A stretch of 63,233 nt of DNA, the filler included, from Licmophora abbreviata (taxonomy: Eukaryota), in NCBI GenBank assembly GCA_900291995.1. It is 8 parts of 8 records of this genome, joined end to end, with 100 filler letters (N's around TTAATTAATTAA, not from the genome) between each part and the next. Parts side by side here need not be neighbours in the genome. Positions count along the whole stretch, not along the records: positions 14,503 to 25,286 come from OLMU01003129.1; positions 25,387 to 32,528 come from OLMU01003130.1; positions 32,629 to 36,564 come from OLMU01003135.1; 5 more parts are not named here. One strand, given 5' to 3'. The notes below the pieces were generated by a model. It was not told where the DNA came from, searched no databases, and saw only the letters and a program-made list of their open reading frames with translations. Made by a program: the position numbers and the translations under genes. Positions 23,765 to 34,836 of this stretch are shown in pieces (within the stretch, counting starts at the first letter, position 1; each line of letters starts with the position of its first letter).

Positions 23765-25472
23765 TTACACATCCATGGTCGTAGGAGGAACCTCTAGGTA
23801 GCCGCCACCAAGTCGCTTGCGTCGGTCGAGGAACTTTTTACCTGCAATGAAGCCTATGCCCAATACCAATGTCACGCCTAAAGTTTCGAATGTCGTGTTT
23901 CCACCCGCGCTATGGTCATCCTCTGTTTCCACCTCAGTCCCCGTGATGGCCTCCTCTGCAACGATACTCGTCGGTTCACTGCGGGACAAGCCTTCCAACT
24001 CGGCCGTGCGTTTCACGGTTGGGGTCGAGCAACGGAACCACCAACTGCAGAACCCGGAATCGCATTCCATATCTTTTCTGCAGAAACCTCCCTCTTTGAG
24101 TTTCTCCTTGCACTTGAAAGTCCATCCGCAGTGACCGGAAAGACAATCGGATGCTTCATCGCAATACGCGCCAATCGCCTTCTGAGCCTCACACTGGGGA
24201 GGAGCGAGTCCTTCACAGCGACCTGAGTCACAGTCCGTGTCGAAGCGACAAAGGCAGTTTTCATCCATCAGACCACGGTCTCCAGAGCAGCGGAAGAGAA
24301 CGCAACTGCCGCCGGCGCAGTCGGAGTCTTCGTCACAAGGTTGACACGTTCCCAGTTTGGGAGCGCACACGCCATGGTCGCATCGGTTCGTTTGGCAATC
24401 GCTGTCCTCCTTGCATTCAATACCCACACAGCGATTGAATGTAAATCTGGTTTCCGCCGCACACTTGTTCGACTCGCACTCTTTGCTCTCTGAACAGAGC
24501 GATCCTGCCTTGTAGCCTGTTGTACGAATCGGATAGGACTTGGTATTGTTGATGATGGAATCGATACGGTCAACGTAGCCAGGATATTGGGAGGTACCAA
24601 GCATACTGTGAGCTTCAAAACCTGCAATGTTGAGCGGCCCGAAGGCGTCTCGGGCGTTTAAACCAATGTAAGCGACGCCAGATTCGTCATTGGAGAGCAA
24701 AAGCATATGACCAAAGCCATCGGCACCCATCCCTGGCACGAAAGATACCGGATCGTAAGTTATGCCCACCTTGTCACTTTCCTTGGTATTGATGTACCGA
24801 AACCACCGCTTGGATGAAATCAGCGGACACGGAGCGTCGATTGTGTGGGGTTGTCCAAACGTTATCACGTAGGGGTTGAGATCGGCAAGATAGAGTGCCG
24901 CCACCGCTGCGATCGCCCCGCCCTGGCTGTGTCCAGTGAGAACAACGCATTCATCCGGATTCGAGCAGGACTTGGCACACTTGCGAATCGCCTTCTCAAA
25001 GTCAGGTTTGTAGGTTGTCATATAGGCATCGTAAAACCCCGTTCTTGTCTGACAGCAGTCGCCTGCGGCACATACTTCTTCCTTGCCAAGACGAACGTTC
25101 TGTTTCCAATCAATCCATGTCAAGGTAGTACCCCGGAAGGCTCCGTAGCAGTATCTATCCTTAAACGCCACAATGGCTTGATCCGGCTCTTCGTCATAGA
25201 ATCCAAAGTGTTCGTATCCTTCGCCAGGCGGGTTCTCTTCGTAGGCTAGATTGGAGAGCTCCGCAGCCGTCTTGGACAGCATCATGNNNNNNNNNNNNNN
25301 NNNNNNNNNNNNNNNNNNNNNNNNNNNNNNTTAATTAATTAANNNNNNNNNNNNNNNNNNNNNNNNNNNNNNNNNNNNNNNNNNNNATATTCTCATTCAA
25401 GACGACATCTGCCGAGACTGGCGTTATTGCCAGAAGGAGAAAAAGCACTTTTGAGTGAATGGCCTTCAGCAT
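23765..25472 (-). CDS. Class-3 lipase with signal peptide, Cys-rich (Dickkopf/colipase-like) repeats and C-terminal TM; spans a gap linker
   Basis: AFRGT, TGHSQGGA nucleophile elbow, TFGQP, YDPV; multiple CxxDxDCxSxxC units; the signal MLKAIHSKVLFLLLAITPVSA lies on the far side of the linker and joins in frame. Confidence 0.88.
25287..25386. other. Artificial scaffold gap linker (inside lipase gene)
   Basis: N44-TTAATTAATTAA-N44. Confidence 0.97.
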
Positions 25473-26003
25473 GGTGGCTCGTCGTTACAGTGATGATGAG
25501 GATGGGCTCTCGCGTTGGGATCTTTGTGAAGAGTCCTTCTTGTGGTCTACAATGATCCTCACACTCATCACAGAAACACAGCACATCAAAACAGCAACAC
25601 ATTGTCAGACAGCATGACACGCTCGCCGTCTCATTTGAACCCGAGCTCTGTTTCGTTTCGACCAGAGACCTCGCGAACACGCTTGTCTCTTTGTTGGTCA
25701 CGTTGTGACGTCCCTATTCTCAATAGATGTCTTTTCCACCGAAGTTGATAAGTAAAAAACAAGGTAATTAAGGATGGGCTTTTTAAGAAATTATTGAGTC
25801 GCGGTCACGAGAGACTACGAATACACATAAGTATTTCTGTGTCCATCGGTCCCGAAGCGCGATCAAAAACTTTGCTCAACGGACGCCACACGAGAGCGAG
25901 GAGGCATCACTTCACTTTGTCTTGAACTCGTGACTCTACGAATAAGCCTAACGAAAGAACCCACATTCGGTTATCCACTACACCGATCAATATCAGTTCC
26001 AAC

Positions 26004-27404
26004 ATGCCTTTTTCACAGACCGGTCACATTATGCCGGAAGGCTCCAGCAGTGACAGCAATAGAGTATCTCGATCGATGGCTGCTCCGCAGAGCCCACCCT
26101 CCGCGCCCCCTCTTATGGAGCCTCCCCGGAGGATGCAGCGTCGGTTTTCGACTGGAACTTCTCCATCTTCGGGGTCCTATCTACTTCGTGAGTCAAACAC
26201 TAGCAGCTGTAGTCAACAAGAGTCACCTGAAGCTACAGCGATACAACCATCGTCGTCACCGCCAACGACAGCGATCCGCCGTGTCAAAGCAAGCGAGAAT
26301 GGACCTAGACCTCTCCTTCCCGAGTGGAGCAACACAGGACCCCCTATTAGAGGTCGTACATGGTCAACGGCAACTACAACAATGTCACGGAGAACACCAG
26401 AGAACTCTCCTACATCCTCTCCCAAGGAGGGTTTCCTCAGACGGTTCGAGAGCCGTTGCACGACATCATCCTATGCTTCCTCTTCATTCACGAATTTCCC
26501 AACCTCTAGAAGACGCCGAAGTTGGAATATTTCATTGGGAAGCCTGATTCAATTAGTCGTTGCGGTCCTGATTGTATCACTTATTGTCGATTCCAAGCTT
26601 AAGGTACGAAGGGCATCAGCACAGCTACAGCAGTACCGAGAAGAAGAGACCAGTCTCATCGCAAAGATGACCCGTATTGAACAAAGAGCAGAAAAACTGC
26701 ATGCTACGCTGGCGCGCCTCAAAGAAGGAGATGACAACTTCCCTCTCCTTTCTGGATCTGCTGCAGCTCTCTCCGAATCCGAGAACGCCTCTGTTCGCAA
26801 TGACTATATGAAGTGGAAGAAACGCGAACTACGTCTCAAGGAAGAGTCCAAAAGAATGCAAAAGTTGATTCAAACCGAGGCACGGGAAAGGCTTGCCGCA
26901 AAATATGGTGGAGATAGTATTCTGTATGTTGAAATGCAATTAGACATTGCAGACATGTCCAAGGAGCCTGTCAAGGTATCGATTGAGCTGTTTGACACGG
27001 CACCCCATGCAGTTTGGGTCTGGCTACAGCAGATTGACAAACTCGAATGGAACGACGCTGCGTTCACGCTGAACCCGTCTCATGTTCTATTGGCAACGCC
27101 TGGCAAGGTTGACGAATCGGCCGAACTCGAGTTTGTTGAAAAGCCAGACATGAACGCTCATGAGACGTGGACGGTCGGCTTGAGCAAGCGTGACAGCGGC
27201 GGTCTCAACTTTTTCATCAATACCAACGATAATCAGTCGTACCACGAGGATGATAGCTGCATTGGTAAGGTTGTTGGCGGTCACCGAGCACTGGAACACA
27301 TGATGACCCTTCCTAAAAAGGAAGATTCCGCGTATCTAGACGAACCAGTGGCAATTCGAACGAGCAGAGTTACAACTGTGCCTCGACATTTCAAACGCTA
27401 TTAA
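26004..27404 (+). CDS. Type-II membrane protein with coiled coil and degenerate cyclophilin-like C-terminal domain
   Basis: S/T-rich N-terminus, TM LIQLVVAVLIVSLIV, heptad region, IELFDTAPHAV...GLNFFINTNDN...CIGKVVGG. Confidence 0.75.
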   Translation: MPFSQTGHIMPEGSSSDSNRVSRSMAAPQSPPSAPPLMEPPRRMQRRFSTGTSPSSGSYLLRESNTSSCSQQESPEATAIQPSSSPPTTAIRRVKASENGPRPLLPEWSNTGPPIRGRTWSTATTTMSRRTPENSPTSSPKEGFLRRFESRCTTSSYASSSFTNFPTSRRRRSWNISLGSLIQLVVAVLIVSLIVDSKLKVRRASAQLQQYREEETSLIAKMTRIEQRAEKLHATLARLKEGDDNFPLLSGSAAALSESENASVRNDYMKWKKRELRLKEESKRMQKLIQTEARERLAAKYGGDSILYVEMQLDIADMSKEPVKVSIELFDTAPHAVWVWLQQIDKLEWNDAAFTLNPSHVLLATPGKVDESAELEFVEKPDMNAHETWTVGLSKRDSGGLNFFINTNDNQSYHEDDSCIGKVVGGHRALEHMMTLPKKEDSAYLDEPVAIRTSRVTTVPRHFKRY

Positions 27405-27768
27405 AGCTATGTTTTTTTAACACACACAACGCTATTTCATTAATCCGAGTCAGTCCACCTATAGAAGAGAACGACGCTCAGTCGTATACAGCTATTCCTA
27501 GTATACGATGTAGGGCGACACGAAGAGCCCCGATGCGCTCACCAACTCGATTTCAATCTTAGAGATAACAATGGAAGATCAGTAACTTTGGTCCGTCTAG
27601 TGCGAATTTACAGCCATGTACACGTTGCGCTTTTCTCGTTTCATCCTTCATCAATCCCCAGGAACTCTTGTTACTCTCTTTGTACGCACCACATGCCGCT
27701 CACACAAAGACGAAGCACGCCGTGCACCACACGCATCTATGTAAAATAAAGCCACCGTGGTTCGTTTC

Positions 27769-28737
27769 TTAATACGGATCATCCTCCTTGCCTCCAATCA
27801 TACTACTCGCGTACCCATCCAGCGAGTATCCATAACTTTCCATCGAACTGACACTGGCCGCATCGTTGAGTACGCCTGATGTATTCCGACCGCGCGTCAG
27901 TGGTCCAGTTCCCATGCCACTTCGATAGTACGCCGTGAGCGATGTACTAATGTCCTCACTGATGAGACTCTCCGGATAGACACCCCCGCCCTCTTCCGAA
28001 GGATCAATTTCACTGGGCGGTGCCGCTGTAGCCTCATTGGCTGCGCGACTCTGACGCTTAGAGGGGGATGGGGAAAGACCATTATCATAATCAGATTCAC
28101 TGCCCGTCGCTTCATTGGGGTTCCTTTTGCGAGCACTCTGCGAAGGAGTACCTCCTGCCGTGTTTCGGTAACGCCACGCCATAAAGAGAGCAAATACCAA
28201 CAAGACGAAGGCAATCCCAGCAATGACAATGGCGACGATGATGACGACGTCCAAGCTGTCGTCATTGTTTGTACCTGAGTTGCCATCGCCCGCACCATCG
28301 CCGTTGTCGAGACTTGCATCAACCGCCATCACGGTATCGCCGAGTCCGTCCGCTTGACTCAGCTGCAAGAGCTCCAGCAAAAGCGGTTCATTCTCCACAA
28401 GAGCCTCCAACTGCAACGATAAGACTTCGGCTTCGGTCGGCACCGTGAGATTTCCTTCGGTATTCCAAACGGCCGCACCCTCGAAGCTGGCTGTAAACAC
28501 AGCTGTGTTCTGAAGCTGTCGCCGCAAGTCTCGATTTTCTTCGTAGTCCAACAAGATCCTCTGAAACTTGGCATAGTCGTCTCCGAATGAATTGCTGGAA
28601 AAGGAAATTTCGAGCCAGTCGACGATAATATTCGTCATTGTAAAGACGTCCACGCGAGGCAGAGCAGTGTCCTCTCCAACATCCAGCAACAGATTGACAT
28701 TGAAGGGAAACAAGTCAATGAAGGCACGCGACATGAT
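27769..28737 (-). CDS. Single-pass membrane protein with RxL-containing ectodomain and Ser/Tyr-rich cytosolic tail
   Basis: RDLRRQLQ; TM VVIIVAIVIAGIAFVLLVFALFMAW; tail STSLTAYY, SSMESYGYSLDGY; no signal peptide, so the 5' end may be incomplete. Confidence 0.75.
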   Translation of the reverse strand: MMSRAFIDLFPFNVNLLLDVGEDTALPRVDVFTMTNIIVDWLEISFSSNSFGDDYAKFQRILLDYEENRDLRRQLQNTAVFTASFEGAAVWNTEGNLTVPTEAEVLSLQLEALVENEPLLLELLQLSQADGLGDTVMAVDASLDNGDGAGDGNSGTNNDDSLDVVIIVAIVIAGIAFVLLVFALFMAWRYRNTAGGTPSQSARKRNPNEATGSESDYDNGLSPSPSKRQSRAANEATAAPPSEIDPSEEGGGVYPESLISEDISTSLTAYYRSGMGTGPLTRGRNTSGVLNDAASVSSMESYGYSLDGYASSMIGGKEDDPY

Positions 28738-29431
28738 GGAGGGCGGATTGCTTCTTTCTGTGTATTTTTGGTCAGTTCTGCGGTCTGAGCCGAGGTTCAG
28801 TCCGTAGCTGTCGTTTCACACGATCGCAACAGTGATATCTCAGACCCGTTTGCGCCACACGACACACTCGAGCAAGTTTTTTGCGTTCCTGTTTGAAACC
28901 AGCGGTACAAAGGACCGTAGGCAACACTCCTGACACACTTTCCAGAGGGGCTCCGAAGGACTTTCAACGGTCAGCGGTCAACGGTCAACGCACGCCAGCG
29001 AAGGAGCACTCCAAGTGTTGCTGTTTGCTGCCTTTTGCTTGCTTCCTATACGCCCAGGGCCGTCCTGTAGATTGCTACGCATTTATGGTATGCTACGGAA
29101 TTAGACTGGCTCACCTTGTCACGACTTAGAGTAGGTATTCAGCATTGTATACATTATTATTTCATTCCCGCATTTTTTTCTCTTGCGGGTCCGGAGCTCG
29201 CGCGGCGAATGAATGAATCGAATCGAATCAATCGAGATCCGACGTCAAGCCTACCTTGGCCAAAACGATCGAGGTCAGAGTGCGATGATTGTAGTCGCAA
29301 CTTGTACGGGTATCGATCGTGCGGACTCGATCTATGAAACGCGCCATAATTTGTAACACAAGCTCTACCAGTTTGCAACGAACTAGGATTTCCACCTACT
29401 AGAGCTACTTCGTAGTAGACGAGCTACACGC

Positions 29432-32400
29432 TTAGCTGACCTGATCTACCAGCCCCTGTCGGACCGCGTAGAAGACATCCAGAACTAAACTGAGATCGTC
29501 CAGTCCCACCTGAAAAAGTGTCTTGACATAGTCATACAGGAAGAACTGCAGTCCAATTACCAAAAAGAAGAAGGCGGATCGAGCGGGGAGGCCAACAAAC
29601 AGATTGGCGATCCCACCTTCGCGACTCAGGAGGTCTTGTAGCAACTCTCGCCAATCTGCCTTTGTCGATTCCTCTCCTGCTGCATTCTCTGCTGTTGACG
29701 TGGTGGTGGATGTCAACGTGAGAATAAGATCGGCCGGGTGACTGACAAAGGCACCGGCAACTCCGGCGATGGCTCCGGCAAAGGCAGATATGGCAAGGCC
29801 GGTGGCACCGACTCCCACTTGAATCGGCATGGCTCCCTCACCAGCTTGGTTGTTGACGAATGTTGAAAGAGATTTGGCAATCAAGTCAAAGGCCAGAAAC
29901 TTAGTCACTGCAAAGGGAAGTTCTCGAGAGACAGTTGGGGCGAAGCCCTTCCACAACGGAAGAACATCTGCGGGTCTCAAGTCTTGGAGACGAAATTCCT
30001 TGTTCATATCATCTATCTGCTTGCTCTTGTTGTGCTCGGACTTCTGTCGCGGTCCTGGGTTCTCTTCCTGTAGAAAATTCGGTAGACATTGGTCCACGAA
30101 GTTAGGAAACCCTATATCTGGAAACGCTTCTTCTCACTCATGATAGAGACCAGCCACACAAACTTACGAGAAAGCCTTCAAGAACTTCTTTCCAAGGCTT
30201 TGCCTCCACGAGACCCATACTTCGTACTCGGAGGACTTCGAATGGCGATGCAGCAGCACTCGTAACGATGGTCGCCAAGGCCGCAGCTGCCAGCAGAACA
30301 ATCTCTGCAAGACCATCGCTTGACCCATCTGAGAAGAATACGGAGGTAAAGGAGCGTCGAAACAGCTCGGTGGCGCCGAATCCGAAAGATCCGAAGACGA
30401 GTGAGGCCAGGAAGGTGATGTCGGCGCTCTGAAACAAGGCAAGGGGCCCTCGGAAGTCCGCAATCGCCTTGATCATGTCTATGGTCCCAAGCGTCAGAAT
30501 TTCTTCCTCGTTCTCTATTGTTGCGATCTCAGTCGTCTCACGTGTCTTGAGAGCCAATGTTCCGTTTTCTGACACCGCTGCGTCACCGGGGGAGCCTTCT
30601 TCACTCCTTCCTGCTATCGACCGGGTTCCACCAGACCCCTGACGAAGTCTGCGTTCTTTTGCGCGTCTGTAAGCAAAGTTGTTGAGCTCCTGGTCGTTTT
30701 TCAGTTGAACTTTCGTCTTGACTAGTTCCAAAGGATTGAGAGCCGTTCGCACTATCACTGTGCACACCGCGCCGCTGAGTGCAAGTCGCCCATATTCACT
30801 GGCTTGGAGCTCTGACGCCCCCTTTTGTACAGGTACACTCCCAATTCCTCCGAAAATAGGATCATATGCGCGATACCGTGGTGACGGGACAGCAAAGAAT
30901 TGTGGCGCCTTTGGAAGCGCCGGAATGCTGTAGAAAAGCTTCTGTGATTCTAATGGTTCCGGCCGTATCGACGATGGCAACAAATCTAGCTGCTCCCGGC
31001 GAAGTAGGTCAATTAGACCTTGGGTAACCGTCGTTTTCTCAAGCGCATGGGCCGTAGAGCCATCAGGGAATCCCATCCCAGTAACGCTTGCAGTGGGAAA
31101 GTTATCCTCTTGCATCGATATCGACGGCTTACTTCCATAAGACTTTGCAGATGAAACATACCAATCTGGATCTTCATTCGGCAGCGTTATTGTCACTCCA
31201 ACTGGTTCAGTCGCAACATACCCGTTGCCACCGTGTACAAGTTTCACACCAACAATTTCATACTCGAGTTCTGATACCGCCCTGGCTCTACGGTACCCTT
31301 TCTTTTCACGGGCATTTCCCTGTTTTCTCTTCGGACCTTCAATGATGACCTTCGGAGGAACAAAGCCCTTTCCAGTTTGCCCGTAGCCATATCCAGGATG
31401 CAGAACTATGATCGACTCTACCCGACCGCTTCGATCCAGTATGGCACAAGCTTCGCACTGCTTGCGAGACCCGCTCTGACGCACGGACACTGCTGGAGCC
31501 GCTGTATAGCCTTCCCCTCCATCTGTCACATTGATACGCAGAACACGGGACGTCGGACGCAGAACGGGGGAACACGTTGCTTGTCGGAATTCATCTCCTA
31601 GAGCCGATGGCGGCTGAACTTCCACCTTGGGTGGTGCTTCAATCGAATATCCGCCCCCACGACGAGAACTCGTCCGGGACTCAGCTTCATTCTCGACGAT
31701 TGGAGACTTGACAAATTCAACGGTGGTCACATTGGCGTTATCCGCTTCTCCAAGCAGAGCTTGAATCTCGGAAGCAGGTTGTAGTTCGGGGTCCGTTATG
31801 AAAGAAAACAGAATGGAGAGTTGTCTTTTTGCCGCATTGGACGTATACCGAGCTTTCAGCAACGCGTACAGATTGAGAATACCTTGTTTTTCCGGAGAAC
31901 CCTTCTTTTGCTTTGTCTCTACTTGCTTTTTCGTGTCAATACCCAGTCTCTCAAACAACGTCTTTTCCTTCCAACGATCTGATTTTGGCCGCAATGATAC
32001 CGCTGGAGCTGACGCTAGGAGTCCGGCCTTGGCAGCAGACACCGACGCGTACGATCCATAGGGCCCTACAAAGTAGTCAGCCAGTCCCATCTCGACGCTT
32101 TCCGCAAATTCCGCAAACTTGGCGCTTTGTTCGGTATCGTACTCGGGCGGCTTTAGTTCTTGTTCCCACGAATCTTCAAATCCCTGTTGTACCCACCAGG
32201 CATGAGAGGGCGGATCAAAGGTAAGCAAGAATCTTGTGAGATATGCAATGAAGCGTGTCCCATAGACGCTTTGTGAAGATTTCCCAGGCAAGAGTTTCTT
32301 GGATTGGGAGGAGCGCTGTTTGATTCCTCGTGCGGCATCACTACCACCTCGTAGCATCTGGGACTTTGGAGAGTATAGTTCACCCGTCTTGTCGACTTCG

Positions 32401-32528
32401 GGAACACCAGCCGAGGCAGGCCGTGGTTGTATCACGGCAGCTGTTGTCGTCGCCAGGAATGCTCCATGAAGTAAGATGGATCGTCGAGAAGTTAGGGCCG
32501 GTTGGTCTTTGTCACCATCAGTTTGTAA
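29432..32528 (-). CDS. Mitochondrial-carrier-fold protein with long N-terminal extension (twin-Arg-like signal, GGxGY repeats); 5' end in gap
   Basis: Carrier signatures PLELVKTK, PFEVLRVR, PADLIL; RELPFAVTKF; intron 30068-30167; frame open up to the gap, including SRRSILL...PASA. Confidence 0.85.
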
Positions 32529-32628
32529 NNNNNNNNNNNNNNNNNNNNNNNNNNNNNNNNNNNNNNNNNNNNTTAATTAATTAANNNNNNNNNNNNNNNN
32601 NNNNNNNNNNNNNNNNNNNNNNNNNNNN
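32529..32628. other. Artificial scaffold gap linker
   Basis: N44-TTAATTAATTAA-N44. Confidence 0.97.
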
Positions 32629-34153
32629 AACAGGAGGCATTGTCGGAGGATCCACAACGCCAGGATCTTCCGTGGGAGATGGCGTGGGCGGGTCCGTCAT
32701 GACAGCTGTGGGGGCGACGGGCGACAACGAAGGGCTAAAGGAAGGCGTCGACGTGGGAGCTGTCGGGGCAGCAGTGGGAGCATCGGTAGGAGCACTGGGG
32801 GCATTGGATGCGAGTGGCTCCGTGGGAGTCGCGACGGGCGTCAACGAAGGACTGAAGGAAGGCATTGATGTGATGCCCGTAGGAGCAGCAGAGGGAGCCT
32901 CGGTAGGAAGACTGGGTGCACTGGGAGCGGCCGAGGGAGCTGGCATTTCGACATCGGCCAAACATTCGGTGGCATCGTAGTCCAAACAGACCACTTCGGA
33001 CGTGGGCGAGTCCTGAATGGACAGGAACTGGCATTCGACGTCATCTTCTTCAGTACCAAAGTTGTTTAGAAGCTCAATAGAATCGATATCAGCCTCTACC
33101 GTGACGGGGCCAAATCCAAAGACGTCGTTGTCGATGAAACATGTGTTTTCAATGCTCATGACGGCATTGTCGATGTTGAGAATCACGTAGCCAATAGGAG
33201 CAGCTGGATTGGAGTAGATGTTGTTTATGAAATTGCAGCGATTGAAGTTGACAATCATGGAATCATAGAGAATACTGACGACTCCCGGAAGGTCGGGGGT
33301 AGCAAAGCCATTCCCTTCAAAGTCACAATCGACGAAGTCCACCTGCAGCGTGAGGGGCTGGAGTTCTCGGTCGCCTTGATGAGGTTGACGGATTTGCTTG
33401 TGGGGCACATTCAATTCCTTCATCTTGGATCGCCATGAGGGAGGAATTTGGGTGCGATATTGAAACTTGGCAGCGTCGTACTTGTCGCTGTCGTCCCCCT
33501 CCAAGGCACGCCTAAAGATGGGCGTCGTGCCACTGGGATCTCCATTGTACTGCAAGACTACCGGAGAAAGGTTGAAGTTGTTCTGACGCAACAAAGGAAG
33601 AAAGAGAAGAGGGAAAGATGATGATGAGGATATTAGTCAGACATGCACCTGTACTTGTAAGCATTATTTGACACGACTACTCACGACAAAGGCACAGTCA
33701 ATCATGGTGACGTGACCCCAACTTTCGGCAGTCATGCCAATTTCTCGAAGACTTTCAAAGGTCACTCCTTGAATGACGACCCCATCCAGAAACTCGTCAA
33801 AGTTATCAAAGACACCGGCCAAAAGCAAGAATCCAATCACTGCCATCTCGCACGACACAGTTGTTTTCTCGCTTGCCATCGGCACCGCACTTGATGACGG
33901 TGTTCTTGCGCGCCGTCATGGCAAAGGAGCCGCCGATGAATTCGCCCGAGGACGTATCGCGAATGCCAACGACGAAGTCCGAGTTGGGACAGAGAATGTA
34001 CTCGCGGGGGACGTCGACGTCCGTGACGTTGAGAAACTCGGCCCAGGAGACGTCGTCCAAGTCCGTGTAGCAGTCTGCTGGTGTGTCGTCGGCGGATACC
34101 AAGCAGCAGGTGCTCATCAAAAGAGCCATTGAAAAGACCGATGGAAACTTCAT
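32629..34153 (-). CDS. Secreted Cys-containing, beta-helix-like protein with RxL motifs and P/T/S-rich tail; 3' end in gap; apparent frameshift
   Basis: Signal MKFPSVF...CLVSA-D; ILCPNS, IKCGADGKRENNC, VIQGVTFE, repeated xCxFxxN units; intron 33583-33684; frame break ~33810-33845. Confidence 0.78.
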
Positions 34154-34836
34154 TTTTCGTAGCGTACAGGAGCAGTGGATTTCAGCTGGGAAAGGATACT
34201 CGAGTGCGGTTCGGCTACAACAGAAGAGAATATACGACTGCTTCTTGGTTGTTGGACAGAGAGTGGTAATCACAATTATTGCGGCAGAGTGTGGAAGAGG
34301 TGAAAATATGCGGTCATCGTGCGGTCATTCGAAAACACTTTCTCATCCTCGTCACGCCCGAACGTTGATTTTTGGCGCCCTAATTATTAAAAACTTCATA
34401 TATGTAGCTCAATTATTTTACGCCACTTCATAAGTATATTCACAGTTTGATAGAATCATTTCTTCAATCGTTAAATCTAAAAAAATTGTAAATCTGATTG
34501 TATGTCTTCTGTACGCCATGCTTGTGTGACCAATACCAAGGAGAGTGATCGCGGGCATGCCCCCCATAAGACCACATTCAAAAAACATGCACGAATGATC
34601 TGAGCGACGAGCAGACGTCGCTTGATGTCGAGCCCCTTCCGAGTCTTTTGTCGCCTCTGTGTTTCCGTGATGCCCTGTGTTCCGAGAGATAATTGTGTGT
34701 CGTCAGACCTCTCGCCATCTCGTTCAGTCGTCGTTGTTGCTTCAACGTTCCCGTCTTCTGTATGCCTTCCCCCCTGATTGAAGCATACTCGTTTTGTCTC
34801 TCCGAAACGGTCGCAACCTTGCCTTGAAAATTAAAC

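Noticed and set aside
25930..26547. 205-aa alternative-frame ORF overlapping 26004-27404
   Set aside because: Non-ATG start and low-complexity shadow of the real CDS.
34380..34505. AT-rich patch (also ~20090-20160) as centromere or replication origin
   Set aside because: Too short; consistent with ordinary AT-rich promoter DNA between divergent genes.
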